Shown one piece after another: positions 1 to 12,810 of a DNA stretch of 64,000 bases. The stretch is from Lepidodermella squamata. Its lineage: Eukaryota; Animalia; Gastrotricha. The stretch covers positions 682,001-746,000 of the forward strand of contig JBLDXI010000026.1 in assembly GCA_047495785.1 (NCBI GenBank), written 5' to 3'. Every line of letters starts with the position of its first letter. Positions within the stretch are counted from its first letter, which is position 1. The notes below the pieces were generated by a model. That model was not told the DNA's origin, made no database searches, and worked only from the letters and a program-made list of their open reading frames with translations. The position numbers were made by a program, and so were the translations under genes.

Positions 1-1441
1 GGTTGAAATATTCGGAAACGATTGGAATTTGTTCCGGTTTATAATAAATCAATGCTCTGGGTACTGTTAGCTGAGCCCCATACTTCAGCGCAGCAGCAGC
101 TTCCTCCGCGAACCGAATCGTCTCCAATGCGGCTTTTTCGTAGTCCGCCAAGCCTTTAATCGTCGCTTTTCCTGAGCAAAGCAGCCTGAAAGCCAGATGA
201 AGAGTGTCACGGAAGTTTTGAATCTCTGTAATTTGTGATTGATCGCAGCCTACAGTTTAGGATAATAACAACAATCCTCAAGCTAGCTTTGAAGAAAGTG
301 AAGAAGCCAACCTCTCAAGAAGACCACAGAAAGTAACAAAGCTGCCTCTGCAAATGATGGTTTCCATTTCTCTAGATGACAGGCCAATCTCAGCCCTGCT
401 TGTACCGACATCTGAAAAGAAACCTAGCGATTTTAGGATGGGAATAATTCCAAATATACTTACATTTTGTTCTGGATATGTTGACAAAAAAATGGGCATC
501 ATAGACGGATCCATGTAGAAGCCTTTGCTAGAGACACCCAGGAGAGGCAGCGCAATCATCGCCATAACCGAGAAATTCTTGCCGATCAGCTTTTCCGCTG
601 TTTCTAGAGGAATGCCGAGCACAGCTGAAGAAATAATGCAATAATTTAAGACACCAGTTGTAAACGGTTCTCACGAGATATTGAATGAACAAATTTTCGG
701 CTGATCTTTACGAGTTCACAAATTTGACGCGCCGACATTTCAGTGACAATTCTCACATCAAGATCCGCTCGTCGTGATGTCAGCATCGGTAACTGTTTGC
801 GACAAGAAATTCAGAAGCGTAAAAAACAGAAAGCAACTTACGGAGCTCATGCCGTGAAGCTGCAAAATGCCTTGAATGGAGGCAACAATCGCTTTCTCAA
901 CCTCCTGCCCGTCGAAGAGAGGCGGGTCTACAACAAGGGGCAGCTTGTCCCTAGTTCGGATAGAGTGTTTTGGGAGTGACGTCTGGTCTGGTTTCAGGTC
1001 TAAAACTACGTAAACAAGAGAGCGGAAAACCGAGCGTGAAGCGATAAATAGTCATCGGTAGCGATAAAATACTTTTCCTCCTCTGCATTCCCACTGCGAA
1101 GCACTTGCCGATGCGACATTTAGGGCAAGCTCGACGAGTGTTTCCAGCGATGATTTCGCAGCCGAATCCTCCTTTTGTGCAGCGTAAATTCACGTTTGTA
1201 GAATGTCTGGCAAAGAACTTCTGCAGAAAAGACAAATTTGTCCAAATATGAAAGCAAGGGAGAAATGCTTTCTCACTTGACATGCCGAACATATCCTTGG
1301 GTGGTAAAGCTTCCTACGAGGAACAACAGTTGAGCAGACCTTTTGGGAGACTAAGATTGCGATTTTAAGGAGAAAAGTTGATCAGTCTACCTTGCAATAA
1401 ATTATTAATTTAGTTTTGTGGAATTCTGCCATTTCTGCCAT
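1..1441 (-). CDS. Divergent nuclear-receptor-like gene, subfamily A copy 1 (8 exons; last codons run off the window edge)
   Basis: Manual splicing gives MAE(MAE)FHKTKLIIYCK|VCSTVVPRRKLYHPRICSACQ|KFFARHSTNVNLRCTKGGFGCEIIAGNTRRACPKCRIGKCFAVGMQ (two C4 fingers). LBD-like segments follow: KFVHSISPVLGIPLETAEKLIGKNF, WKPSFAEAALLLSVVFL and the AF-2-like PIVSEYF. Introns are GT-AG with consistent phases. ATG at 1432 or 1441. Confidence 0.85.
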
Positions 1442-1771
1442 TTCTGCCAAGCTGGTGAAGTTCGGTTGGCTTTCCTAGATATAATACCAATACTGAGCTG
1501 TAATTACAATTTGTATGCTGTACAAAAAGCGCGTGAGTGAAGCAGCGAGTTACAAAATGTTCCCGAAGCTAAATATGTTAGTCGATAATTCGACACACGG
1601 CTCATATAGTGCGGCAAAGCGTCCTTTGATTATCTAATTTGTCCGGTTCTATCAGTTTTCATTACTTGTGACATAGGACGTCGGGCACGACGGATTTTCG
1701 TGAAATGGTTATCTCCCATGCAATCACTGATAAATATCGCGACAAAAACCGTTTACTCAATGTCCTGGGTA

Positions 1772-3014
1772 CAGTGCTCCCTCGCTAAGTGCACCCTGGC
1801 TATGTGCAATTCCCTCGTTATCTGCCACACTTTTACAGCCCCCTCAAAATTGGTAATTAAATAATTTTTATTAGTGGAAGAAAAAATTATTTACAAAATT
1901 AAATTTATTAAAGTTCAAGAAAATAGCTTCATTAGCAACGCTGGCTGAGCCACAGCTTTTTTAGCAATGAAAAGGCGGTGCCGGTTAAGCTTGGATCGAC
2001 GCGGGGAATTTCAACAGCTAATTTGTTGCTTTTCGAATAATTTTCGCTCTCTAATAAGGAAGATTATCCGATTGATAAAGGCCGGCTTAATTCAGTTGGA
2101 ATTAGCTGAAGGCGATATACGTTTCACATGCCTTGATTGTTAACCCGGGAATTTTAGGCGACGTGATCTCTCGATCTTTACAGATCGACGTTTTTTATCC
2201 TAGATCATTGAGTGAGCGATTGATAGTGTGCACGCGTCTGACTTATTCGTGATTTTTTTTCATTCGCAACTACTAAAATCTCATTGATGGAACGGTGGAT
2301 AGTGGATGGTGGATGATTTAATGACTTGGCAAATTAGAGTGCTTTACGATGCTGTTCAGCGTGAAGATAAATTGATTGATTATTCAGCCCTTATAATCTG
2401 AGTTCGTTTTAACAAAAATTTTAACAGAAAAGCTCGTCGATAGCAGTGAAATTTGAACTTAACCTAGCTGGCTCATCCCGGTAAAATGAGGCTAAAATCA
2501 GTAATAGGTTTATTAAGAAATAATTCATTATCACAAATGCTTAGATTTTTCTCCTGTTGAAAAAATTGGCGTGGCACAAAATTTTAATATTGCAATAATT
2601 CCAGAAATTATCTCGAATTTATTCGAGCGCTCATTCTGCTTTAACTTTTGACATGATAACAACTAGCAGCCAGATTTAAAAAATTGTTTCGTTATTGATA
2701 ATCATGAGGAAAGCAACCTAATTACCATAATTGCTACGAAAGGCCAAAGGCCATTGATCCCTGGTTGACCAACGATCATTTTCAATTCATCAGATGCTTT
2801 TAAGAAAAAAAATCCGGATCCTTAAAAAGTTATATCGGGCTTGGTTTTAGATATGGCTAACCACTAAAAACAACGTCTCCTTAGTAACTGAGAAAAAAAC
2901 ATAGCTACACACTTATGATTCATCACTACCTCTTTAACAGCCCTCTTTAGCTGCATCCCTAGATAAGTGCACGACCCACAGCCCCGACCCCGTACACTAA
3001 TCGAGGGAGCACTG
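1772..3014. mobile_element. Non-autonomous TA-flanked DNA transposon (Tc1/mariner-pogo-like termini)
   Basis: TA|CAGTGCTCCCTCG at 1770-1784 and CGAGGGAGCACTG|TA at 3002-3016: a 13-bp perfect TIR that extends imperfectly to about 23 bp. The element is absent from the paralogous upstream region of copy A3 (~12950-12975). No transposase ORF is visible. Confidence 0.8.
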
Positions 3015-3161
3015 TATTAGGATTGATTTTCCGTTCCATCGACGATGTCATCGTTAATTAGGAACGCTTTGGATTTTGATGAAACTGGACGTTGGACGTT
3101 TTAAGACCGGAAAAAACCAGTATTACCTATGGCGTGTAAATACTGACAGGTTAGCCCTAGA

Positions 3162-3273
3162 GACGGATCTATGATGAAACCATTGTTCGAAACATCCCAG
3201 CATAGGCAGTGCGGCCGTCGTCACGACTGTGAAATTCTCGGCGAATAGCATTTCTGTTGTTCCCAGCGGATAC
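3162..3273 (-). pseudogene. Isolated, frameshifted LBD exon of the nuclear-receptor-like family
   Basis: The reverse strand reads PLGTTEMLFAENFTVVTTAALPMLG/(+1 shift)/VSNNGFIIDPS, homologous to PLETAEKLIGKNFSVMAMIALPLLGVSSKGFYMDPS of copy A1. Confidence 0.75.
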
Positions 3274-3834
3274 TTGCTGATCAAGGAAGTTATTCAATGC
3301 TGTAATGCAAAAGTTATGCAGAATGCAGTTGCCATTGTTGCAATGAGCAAAGACAATTTATTTTGCAACCATAACATCAGAAACTTTAAAAGAGTCAAAG
3401 TAAAGTTTTGCTACAGAGGGTTTTTTTTATTCGCAACAAAAAATACAGCTACAGCTACAGTTTTTTGCATTCGAAAATTCGCTACAGAAATACAGTATAT
3501 ACTGTATACTGTTCAAAGTGTTGCGAATATAAAAAACCCTCAGCGATTGCTCCATAATGTGCTTGCCAAAGTGTGTTTGCCATTATGATCGCCTGCCAAA
3601 TTGATAGCTGCTCGCGAGAATAAATTCAGAAGCGAAAACACAGTATATATGTACATTTTAGCGTCGTTGAATAACTGGAGTTTGGTCTTTTTGACATCCG
3701 TTTCAAGGTGAGAGGTGACAAGCAAAAAGCCCTTTGTTTTGCCTCTTCCTTCGCGTTAAAAAGGCGTCTACACAGTGACATTCAGAAATTGCTCGCGGTT
3801 AGAAGTTCCGGGTTTTTTTACTATAAATACTAGC

Positions 3835-3915
3835 ACGTGCTTGAACCTATTTTTATGTGTAGCTCTAAGTTCTGAGTTGAAATGAAGCAAAAATAGAAAG
3901 TGTAACTCGGACAGG
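3835..3915. repeat. Dispersed repeat fragment (other copies ~38305-38345 inverted, ~50835-50920 degenerate)
   Basis: AATGAAGCAAAAATAGAAAGTGTAACTCGGAC (~3881-3912) matches the reverse complement of 38308-38339 with one mismatch. A weaker match lies around 50840-50915. Confidence 0.55.
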
Positions 3916-4334
3916 TCGGAGAGTTAAAGAGTTGAAAAATATGAATATTCAAGAGGTGTTAATTAAAATTCATATAATTAGGACGGGAAACTGTTAAGAG
4001 TTAAGAATAAAAGATCATGATTCATCGCAGGTTATGGCTATTTTTCTCGGGTTTTTTTGCGCTGAAAGATGAATGACCTAGTTTTTAGTTTCACCTCCTA
4101 TTCTCAGGACATAATTCTGATTTGTGAAAAATTCAAACAAATCATCATCTCGCACAAACAATTCATGCGATCCTTTCAATTGTATAATTGCATCAGCAGA
4201 TATTTATGTAGGTCGAACCAAAACAGAATTCCAATCTAGCCGTTCTTCGAGCAAGCACAACGGTTGGAGACCGATGAATTAGCAGCTATTTAGTAGAACT
4301 CTATTTGAGCAATGAATTCGACCTTTTACGGGCT

Positions 4335-5797
4335 TCAGGGTTGTGATGTGACAGGAATTAGTGCCACTTCTTCCAGCATGTTTCTTCGAGCGGAATCAAA
4401 AACTGAGGCGGGTCGAGAGTTTATGGCTTTAACGCTTTCTCTGATTTCCATGTGGATGCGACTCATCAAATTCATGCTTTTTCCGAAGTGACGTCGATGA
4501 TCGTCAACACAGCGATTACTGTCTTTTGAGCAGAAATTATGTTTGAACGCTGTATATGTGGCTAGTTTGGCTTGATATAGCCGTGGATTGTTATTGCTCC
4601 CAGCTACAGCTGTATAAAAAATCCACATTTGTTACTTCCACATTCGAAAATATTCTTACTTAAAAAAATGAGATTCACAAAGAGAGCACTCTGAACAAAG
4701 CTCGGCTTCCAGCCTAGCATTTCCTCATTCAGCTTATGCCATGAATCGACGGAAGTCTGAAAATTCATGTTAACTCGATTTTAACTGAAACTATTCATTT
4801 ATACCGCCATCTCTGGGAAGTGGTAGAGCACCTGCGGCATTAAAGCGGGATTGACGAACAATGGGCACTGAATTGCAGGCAGAGCTGAATAGGCGATCGA
4901 AGCTTGCACCCAGCCACTTGACAACAATGTCTGTAAATCCTTCTCAACCAGGTTGTAGGTATCTAGGGTGCAAAGCTCAGGAGAACCTAATGTTGCACAA
5001 AATTGTACCTTTCATGAATTTAGCATAACCTCGAGCAACTCTGTAGAGCTCAGCAATGTGATCTGTGGTGAACGATTGGGCCAGTTCATCTATGTTCTCG
5101 AAACCCACCGTTCGCTTCCTGAGATTCAACTATGGACGAAGAGGCAATTTGTGATGAAATGGGGAAAAACAAGAGAAACAAACCAATTGTAGATCATGTA
5201 GAAGGGTAAAGCCATGGATGGAGCCTTGAATAGCTTTTTCAATTAGCTCGCCATTGAATAAGTTTGGGTTGGAGGGAATCACACGCTCAGCTTCGTCTGG
5301 CGAAGAAACGCTGCCAGTGGATTGTTTATTCTCGGTTATTGTACAATCCCTGAACCGAGGGCTTCCTGTCGCAAATTTCTAGCTAGAAAATATGGGAAAG
5401 TCAAATAAGAAAATTCTGACGTCGCATCCCTTTGACGATGCACTTTTCGATTCGGCATCGAGGGCAACAATCACCACTATCCTCCCGGCTTCGGTTCACC
5501 TCACACTTGTTGTTGCCGCCAAAGCAGACAAGCTGCGACCGTCGACTGAAATTGCGCGTGAAAAATTTCTTGAGAACGACCCAGAAATTCAAAGTTTGTA
5601 CGTTTTTTATTGAAAAAAACACTCACTTGGCAGGCCTGGCATACGCGAGGGTGGTAAAGCTTGCGTTGAGGAACCGTTACAACGCAAACCTGAATCGGAT
5701 ATAAGTATAACAACGGGAATAACCTTTGTATAGGGAATCGGGAACTCACTTTGCATGAAATCATCCGATGAATTTTCAGGTCAGTCCGCGCTTGCAT
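4335..5797 (-). CDS. Divergent nuclear-receptor-like gene, type C (closer to subfamily B)
   Basis: MQARTDLKIHRMISCK|VCVVTVPQRKLYHPRVCQACQ|KFFTRNFSRRSQLVCFGGNNKCEVNRSREDSGDCCPRCRIEKCIVKGMR; family motif PNLFNGELIEKAIQGSIHGFTLLH; terminal exon ends NMLEEVALIPVTSQP*. Confidence 0.8.
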
Positions 5798-6082
5798 TTT
5801 TAGCGTGTCGGGTTTTAAAATATTGCAAGTGAGAGCTAATGTGCCACCTCATGGGTGAGAGGATTTTGTAATTTTACGTCAGTCAGCGTTTGATCTAAGT
5901 ATTGCAAATCATTATAAACTCGGACGCTAGTATCAACTTTCATCAACATCTTCAGTCTTTGAGTACGACCCTATTTCTATAATGGTCCAGTTGCATTTTA
6001 GGACTGTCTCCTAGCATAAGGATATCTGCTAATTTCTATGCTTAAGACATATCGAAACTGTGTCGGGTTCATGATAAAATCG

Positions 6083-6492
6083 CTATTGAATGTTGAAATA
6101 TTCCGAAACAATTGGAATATTTTCCGGTTCATAAAACACGAATGCTCTGTCAGCTGTTAGCTGAGCCGCATTTTGTAGCGCAGCAGCAGTTTCCTCGCCC
6201 AACTGAACCGTCTCCAATGCTGCTTTTTCGTAGTCTTCCGAGCAATTATTCGCCGCTTTTCTTGACAAAAGCAGTCTGAGAGCAAGATGAAGAGTGTTAC
6301 GGAAGTTGCGAATCCCCGATTGAACGCAGCCTGCAAGGATAATAATACTAAGCCAGCTCAAGTACCTAGGTAAAGAATTTGAAGCAACCAACCTCGCAAG
6401 AACAACAGTGAAAGTAGCAAAGCGGCCTCAGCAAATAATGGCTTCCATTTGTCGAGGTGGCGGGCCGATTTCAATCCTGCTTTCACCGACAT
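6083..6492 (-). other. Orphan pair of 3' exons (exons 7-8) of a subfamily A receptor: truncated duplicate or alternative terminal exons of copy A2
   Basis: Two open exons with intact splice sites: MSVKAGLKSARHLDKWKPLFAEAALLLSLLFLR|GCVQSGIRNFRNTLHLALRLLLSRKAA...IPIVSEYFNIQ*. It has no upstream exons of its own. Confidence 0.7.
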
Positions 6493-7374
6493 CTGAAAGC
6501 CGAGCGATTTAAGGCTGGGAATAATGCAATAAGTGGTAGATTAAAGTGTTTTAAAATAAACCTAGCACTAATTCAATGAAAACAAATATAAGCATCCGGG
6601 CAACATAAAAAGAGCATAATATTTGAGGACATGTTCTAGATAGCTGCGATGTACAGGTGTCGCTCCGGGAATCCAGCCAGAAAGGCAGGATGAAAAAATG
6701 ACAGGGGGCCCTTCAGTTTCTTCGGCTCGGTCCTAAAAAAACAAGCAGAAAACAGCTCAGATCCAGGATCCTGCGAACACGGGTTGAGTGTCGGCAATGG
6801 TGGCTGAATGCCTCCGTGGTTCTGTTCTTGGGACTCGACACGCGAATGAGATCATCCTTTCCATGTTGAAAACTGTAAATGGAAAGGATGAAACTGAAAG
6901 CTGAATGAAACAAAGGATTTCGAATTGCGGAATTCGTATTTGACCGAGCTAAGTCATCTAAGTCATACAGCAATAATCGAAATAACATGTAAATATCTAT
7001 TAGGCTCCCCGCGGCAAAACTCCGATTATTCACGATGTAATAGGCTCATGCATAGAAAGCCGCTTTTGTAACGTCAAATAGCGATTTTTTCTCACGATTT
7101 TTGAACTTTGAACGCCTTTGCGATCACGATTTTCGGACGGTTTTTTGCGTCCAGAAGGATTTTAATAGAGAGATGCTAGCAGTGTCGAGTCCATGCAGTT
7201 TTAGTCCCAATGTTCTGTGCCAATTTGTGATTCAGAGGACCTTTCCAGATTCTTGGCTGTAACATTACCGTCCTTCGACCGCCATTGTTATTCTAGCGCG
7301 TATTTCTCAGCCCCTAGTATGCTGGCATAGATTCTCGCGATTATCGTGATTTTGGTATTTGTTGTCATTTTGTT

Positions 7375-7816
7375 GGATCTCTGGCATACCAGAGCGCGAA
7401 GGCCCCCACAAAGCCACTAATAAAATGGCCAATCACTATAAGTAGACCAGGGACCAGTGTTGAGGGGTCAAGTCAGTTCGGAAAATGCTCGAAATTACAA
7501 AAATTTTGTAGGCTGCCTTTAAATAGTTTTGAAAAAGAACTTTCAGTGGCAGAATTCCGAAAAATGCCTCCGGAACCTATGAATGATTGTTGAACTTTGG
7601 CTTTCGTAAACAAATAATTTCACATGCTTTGTACTCATTATTTTTCAAATTATTTAAAGGCAGCCTACGGAATTCTCGTAATTTCGAGTATTTTCCAAAC
7701 CGACTTGACCCCTGAACTCTGGTCTGCTAATACATAGGGACTGGCCATTTTATTTGTGGCTTTGTTGGGGCCCGGGTCCAAAACGTGCCCTTCGCGCTTC
7801 GGCATGCCCGAGATCC
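7375..7816. mobile_element. Fold-back/MITE-like element with ~160-175 bp imperfect inverted arms
   Basis: 7375-7535 (GGATCTCTGGCATACCAGAGCGCGAAGG...GTAGGCTGCCTTTAAATA) is the reverse complement of ~7641-7816 (TATTTAAAGGCAGCCTAC...CCTTCGCGCTTCGGCATGCCCGAGATCC). Confidence 0.7.
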
Positions 7817-8032
7817 CGGTGTATGTCGCCCATCCCGTGATGTATATATTGTCAGCAGCATCGTCAGTCTCGAAGTATAGTACATTTCTATTTTGAAATG
7901 GGCCAACTAACATTTTGGACTGTCTCATAGCATGAGAATTTCTTATCAAATCTCAATTCCTTCATTTCCTAGTTTAGTCAATTGTTTGAGTTCCTTTAAT
8001 TTCCAAGAAGTATTCTTGGCTGCAGAAAAGCG

Positions 8033-9464
8033 CTAGTCTAGGTTAAAATATTCAGAAACGATTGGGAGTTGCTCCGGTTCAAAATACATGCATGCTCTGG
8101 GTACTGATAGCCTAGCTCCGTTATGTAGCGCAGCAGCAGCTTCATCCGCCAACTGAATTGTTTCCGAAGCGGCTTTTTCGTAGTCCTCCGAGCATTTATT
8201 CGCCGCTTTTCCCGAGCAAAGAAGCCTGAGAGCTAGTTGAAGAGTGCTTTGGAAGTTGTGGACGCCAGTAATTCGCGATTTATCGAAGCCTGTAGTTTAG
8301 GATAATAGTAATAACTATGCTAGCTGAATGAATGCAACAGCCAACCTCTGAAGAAGACTAACGAAATTAACGAAGCTGCCTCAGCAAATGATGGTTTCCA
8401 TTTCTCAATATGAGAGACCAATCTCAATCCTGCTTGCACCGACATCTGAAATGAAGCCGAGTTTCAGGCCAGAAATAACTATTAATTTACTTACACAATG
8501 TTCTGGATATGTCGACAAAAATGTTGGCATCATAGCCGGATCCATGAAGAAGCCTTTGCTTGCGACCCCAAGGAGGGGCAGCGCAATCCATGCCATAGCC
8601 GGGAAATTCTTGGCGATTAGCCTTTCCGATGTTTCCAGCGGTATGCCGAACAAAGCTGAAAAACAATAATTTCAAGATTAGCCTGTTTTGAAACGCTTCT
8701 CACGAGCTATGGAATGAGAAAATTTGCGGCTGATCTTTGTCAATTCACAAACTTGGCGCGCGGACAATATAGTGACCATTCGCACATCAAGATCTGTTCC
8801 TCGTGATGTCAGCATCGGTAACTGCGAGAAGAAATTCAGAAGGGAATATACAATAAACAGCAAGAGAACAGACCGAACTCAAGTCGTGAAGCTGCAAAAT
8901 TCCTTGAATTGAGGCAACAATCGCATTTTCGACCTTCTCTCCGTTAAACAGAGGCGGATCTACAACAAGAGGCAAGTTTTCACCTGCCCGGATGGAATGT
9001 TTTTTTGCGAGCGAACTCTGGTTTGATGTCAGAGCCGATACTAGAATTGAAAATCGAACTTGATATGTAATAATCGTCGAAATTAAATAATCGTTGAATT
9101 ACTTTTCTTGCTCTGCATCCCAACTGCGAAGCACTTGTCAAGGCGGCATTTAGGGCAAGCTTGGCGAGTGTTTCCAGCGATGATTTCGCAATCGAATCCT
9201 CCTTTTATGCAGCGTAATTCTGTGTTCGTAGCATACCTGGCAAAGAACTTCTGCCGGAGAGTCAAATTTGTCCAAATATCATTAATGTATGAATGGGCTT
9301 CTTCCTTACTTGGCAAGCTGAACAAATCCTTGGGTGGTAGTGCTTCCTACGAGGAACAACTGTGGAGCAGACCTATTGCGGAATTACACTTGAGATGCTC
9401 AGCAGAAAAGTTTACTTTCTACCTTGCAATAAACTACTTGTCTAGTTTTATCGAATTGCGCCAT
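8033..9464 (-). CDS. Divergent nuclear-receptor-like gene, subfamily A copy 2
   Basis: MAQFDKTRQVVYCK|VCSTVVPRRKHYHPRICSACQ|KFFARYATNTELRCIKGGFDCEIIAGNTRQACPKCRLDKCFAVGMQ...PIVSEYFNLD*. Same 8-exon layout as A1. Confidence 0.85.
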
Positions 9465-9829
9465 ATCAAAACTGTTGAAGTCCAGTTGGCTCGTATAAAA
9501 ACCTATGCTGAGCTGTTATTTCACTTCAATTGAAACAAAGCAACCTCCGAAAACAGAGCACGTGGAGCAGCGAGTTCTCTAATTTTCTCCCGAAGCTTAA
9601 TAATATGTAAATCAATAAATCGACCGGCTGAACAGATGATGCGACAAAACGTCCGTTTGCATTAGGATTTGTCAGAGTCCATACCTAGGACCTAGGACCT
9701 AGGGCATTTTGTGCTGTTGTGATTTTGAAATATGATTATCTCGCATGCAAACACTAATCAATATAGCGACGGCAACTGTTCAAAGAGCGCTGCTGGATCT
9801 TACAACAGTGTTGCCACTATATTGAAATT

Positions 9830-10530
9830 ATATATTATATCCGGTTTGAAGAAATTCAAGTTCACAGTTGCCCTACTGCTATGAACTTTATGACGGAGCG
9901 CAGCAACAGCCTTATGCGCCAAATTGATAGTAGCGGAGGCGTTATTCTCTTGTTAATCCGACCCTTGAATCGCTGTTTTTCTAGAGGACAGCAGCTGGAG
10001 AGCAAGATGAAGAGTACTCCGGAAATGTTGACTCTCCTTGCATTCTCTCCTTTCTCCTTTCTCGGCCGGATTGTGGTTCCAAATTCTATAACGGCAAACT
10101 TTGTACATGTCTCATTTATTCAGAATTATTGCTCATTCACTTTTCTTGCTCATCGTTCCGACTGCAAAGCATTTATCAATGCGGCATTTGGAGCATACTC
10201 GATAACATTGTGCGACTTTCAGGGGGGTTCATCCCCCCAGCTCGGCCGGATCAGACAACAAAATGAGAATTTATCCCACTGTTCCGTTAATTTTAAGAGG
10301 TTTTGGAGCGTGTATCAGTGGAAAATCTTCAAAATTTTCTCGCTCCGCTCGATTGTGAGTTAAAATAACTAGTAATTTTGGCAAAAACAGCAAAAGAAAT
10401 CGTTCCATCCCTGGCAGATCCAAGATCGCACCCTGCTCGATAAGTATTTCCTGTTATATCGCAGTTCGATTCTCCTTTCTCCTTCAATGCGTGATTTCCT
10501 TGTTCATAGCATGCTTCGCGAAGAACTTCT
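9830..10530 (-). pseudogene. Decayed nuclear-receptor-like gene (middle exons deleted)
   Basis: Remnants: KFFAKHA (~10505-10530), RVCSKCRIDKCFAVG (~10155-10205) and the terminal exon LHLALQLLSSRKTAIQGSD*QENNASATINLAHKAVAAL (~9890-10020), which carries a stop and a frameshift. Confidence 0.7.
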
Positions 10531-11264
10531 GAGATATCTTGATTATGACAGGAAGGAATTGATCAATTCGTCGCTGGTGCGGCTAAAAGTCCATCCATCA
10601 AATATCGAAAATGGGTTTTTTTCCAGTTCCTAACTCAGTTTTTCACGCTGGTCAATAATATGAAAACCGCATTTCGAAATTCGCTACGGATCAAAAATCC
10701 TATCTCCGCATTCGTGGATTTTTTTCCAGGTCATTCCATAGCATGAGTTCGAATAGGGCACAACAAGTGCTATGTTAAATTATTCGATCACGACAACAAA
10801 TGGTGATGACTCAGTACGGTATTCGCTGCCAAGTGAACATAAGTCGGCAAAAATCGGCCAAAAATGAATGCTTTCGCAAGGACTCGAACCACAACCTTAA
10901 AAAAACACGAACAAAAAATGAAGAAATCCATCAAAAAGTCCTATCTGCAGCGAATGTCCTTATTGTGCAATAACGATGCGTCACGCTAAAGTCACGCTAA
11001 AGGTACAGCCTTCATTGTATGCGTTTCGGGGCTTTTAGAAGATTGAAAGTGAGACGGTAATTTTACATTATTACAAAATCATTACAAAATCGGACGCTAT
11101 GTATCAACTGTATCATCCGCACCGGAATTTTACCCGCTTCTATTACAAACTGGGATTCCTGCAATTTATGATTTATGACTGTCTCCAATGCAGGGCTTTC
11201 TAATCAATGCTAAAACATTGCTCAATGTATCGAGAATCATGTCCGGTTGCTGATATTAGAAGCG

Positions 11265-12671
11265 TTAGGGTAGGTTGAAATAGTCTGACAAAATCGAGAG
11301 TTGTTCTGGTTCATAATACATGAATGCCCTGGGTACTGTTAGCCGAGCCCCAGTTTGTAGAGCAGCAGCAGCGTCCTCTGCCAAACGAATCGTGTCCGAG
11401 GCGGCTTTTTCGTAGTCCTCCAAGCATCTAATCGCCGATTTTCTTGAGCAAAGCAGCTTGAAAGCAAGATGAAGAGTGCTTCGCAAGTTTTCAATCGCCT
11501 TAATTCGCGACTGGTCGCAGCCTGTAATTTGGAGTAAATTAATCCGTGCTGAAATTGCCATGCAAACAGCACACCTCTCAAGTAGACCACAGAAAGTAAC
11601 AAGGCTGCCTCGGCAAACGATGGTTTCCATTTCTCAATATGACAGGCCAATCTCAGCCCTGCTTGTACCGACATCTGAAAGCAAGCGATTTTAAGTTGGA
11701 AATAACTCAAAACTAATGTACATTATGTTCTGGATATGTTGACAAAAAAGTTGGCATCATAGACAGATCCATGTAGAAGCCTTCGCTAGAAACCCCTAGC
11801 AGGGGCAGCGCAATCATCGCCATAACCGAGAAATTCTTGGCGATCAGCTTTTCCGATATTTCCAGCGGAATGCCGAACACAGCTGAAAAAATTATTTGCA
11901 TTCAAGATGAAGTTAAGCTGAAATCGTTTCTCACGAGCAATGAAATGGGCAAATTTGTGACTGATCTTTACCAATTCACAAATTTGGCGCGCCGACAATA
12001 CAGTGACGGTTCTAACATCAAGATCCGACCGTCGTGATGTCAGCATCGGTAACTGTTTGCAAGAATAAAAAAATTCAGCAGCCAAGAAAGAGCAAAGAAC
12101 TTACCGAGCTCATGCCGTGAAGCTGCAAAATACCTTGAATTGAGGCAATAATAGCGTCTTCAACTTTCTGCCCGTCAAAGACAGGCGGGTCTACAACAAG
12201 TGGTAAGTTGTTCTCTGCTCGAACGGAATGTTTGCTTGGGAGTGAGCGCTGGTCTGGTTTCAGGTCTAATACTACAGAAAATCGAGGTTGAAGCATTAAA
12301 ATAATCATCGAATTACTTTTCTTGCTCTGCATCCCGACTGCGAGGCATTTCTCAATTCGGCATTTCGGGCAAGCCTTACGAGTATTTCCAGCGATGATTT
12401 CGCAGTCGAATCCTCCTTTAATGCAGCGTAAATTCACGTTTGTAGCATGTCTGGCGAAGAACTTCTGCAGAAAAGACAACTTTTCAAATATTATCGGATA
12501 TAGTGTTTCCTCACTTGACAGGCTGAACATATCTTTGGGTGGTAAAGCCTCCTACGAGGAACTACTACGGAGCAGACCTTTAAACACAGACTGCTTTCAA
12601 GACTTGTATGGAGAAATTCACAATTTAACCTTGCAATGAATTATTTGTTTGGTTTTGTCGAATTCCGCCAT
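11265..12671 (-). CDS. Divergent nuclear-receptor-like gene, subfamily A copy 3
   Basis: MAEFDKTKQIIHCK|VCSVVVPRRRLYHPKICSACQ|KFFARHATNVNLRCIKGGFDCEIIAGNTRKACPKCRIEKCLAVGMQ...LSILSDYFNLP*. Confidence 0.85.
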
Positions 12672-12796
12672 ATAGAGGCTTGTGAAGATCGGTTAGCTTG
12701 TCTTGATAAAATACCTATATTCTAGCCTGTAAAAACTGCGAAACTGAACAATCAGCGAGTAACATACATTTCCCCCGGAGCTTAATATGTAAGTCA

Positions 12797-12810
12797 GTCG
12801 ATAAATCGAC
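12797..12810 (-). promoter_or_regulatory. Conserved upstream motif of subfamily A genes (gene-strand consensus GTCGATTTATCGA[C/T]); copies at 1581, 9611, 12797, 15648, 19542
   Basis: A 14-mer retained about 125-150 nt upstream of the ATG in all five A copies, including the divergent A5. Its function is inferred from positional conservation only. Confidence 0.45.

Noticed and set aside
3229-3588. 119-aa plus-strand ORF with GCTACAG repeats
   Set aside because: GTG start, low complexity, overlaps a pseudo-exon and degenerate repeat DNA.
9682-9703. Short tandem repeats (ACCTAGG x3; also TTTCTGCCA-like x3 at ~1423-1449 and GGAAACGTA units at ~13571-13617)
   Set aside because: Ordinary slippage duplications. 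The one at 1423-1449 only adds an optional MAE to copy A1.
9881-10363. 160-aa plus-strand ORF
   Set aside because: Antisense to a decayed receptor pseudogene; no independent coding signal.
10872-10898. B-box-like GGTTCGAGTCC on the minus strand
   Set aside because: No matching A-box or cloverleaf; at best a SINE scrap.
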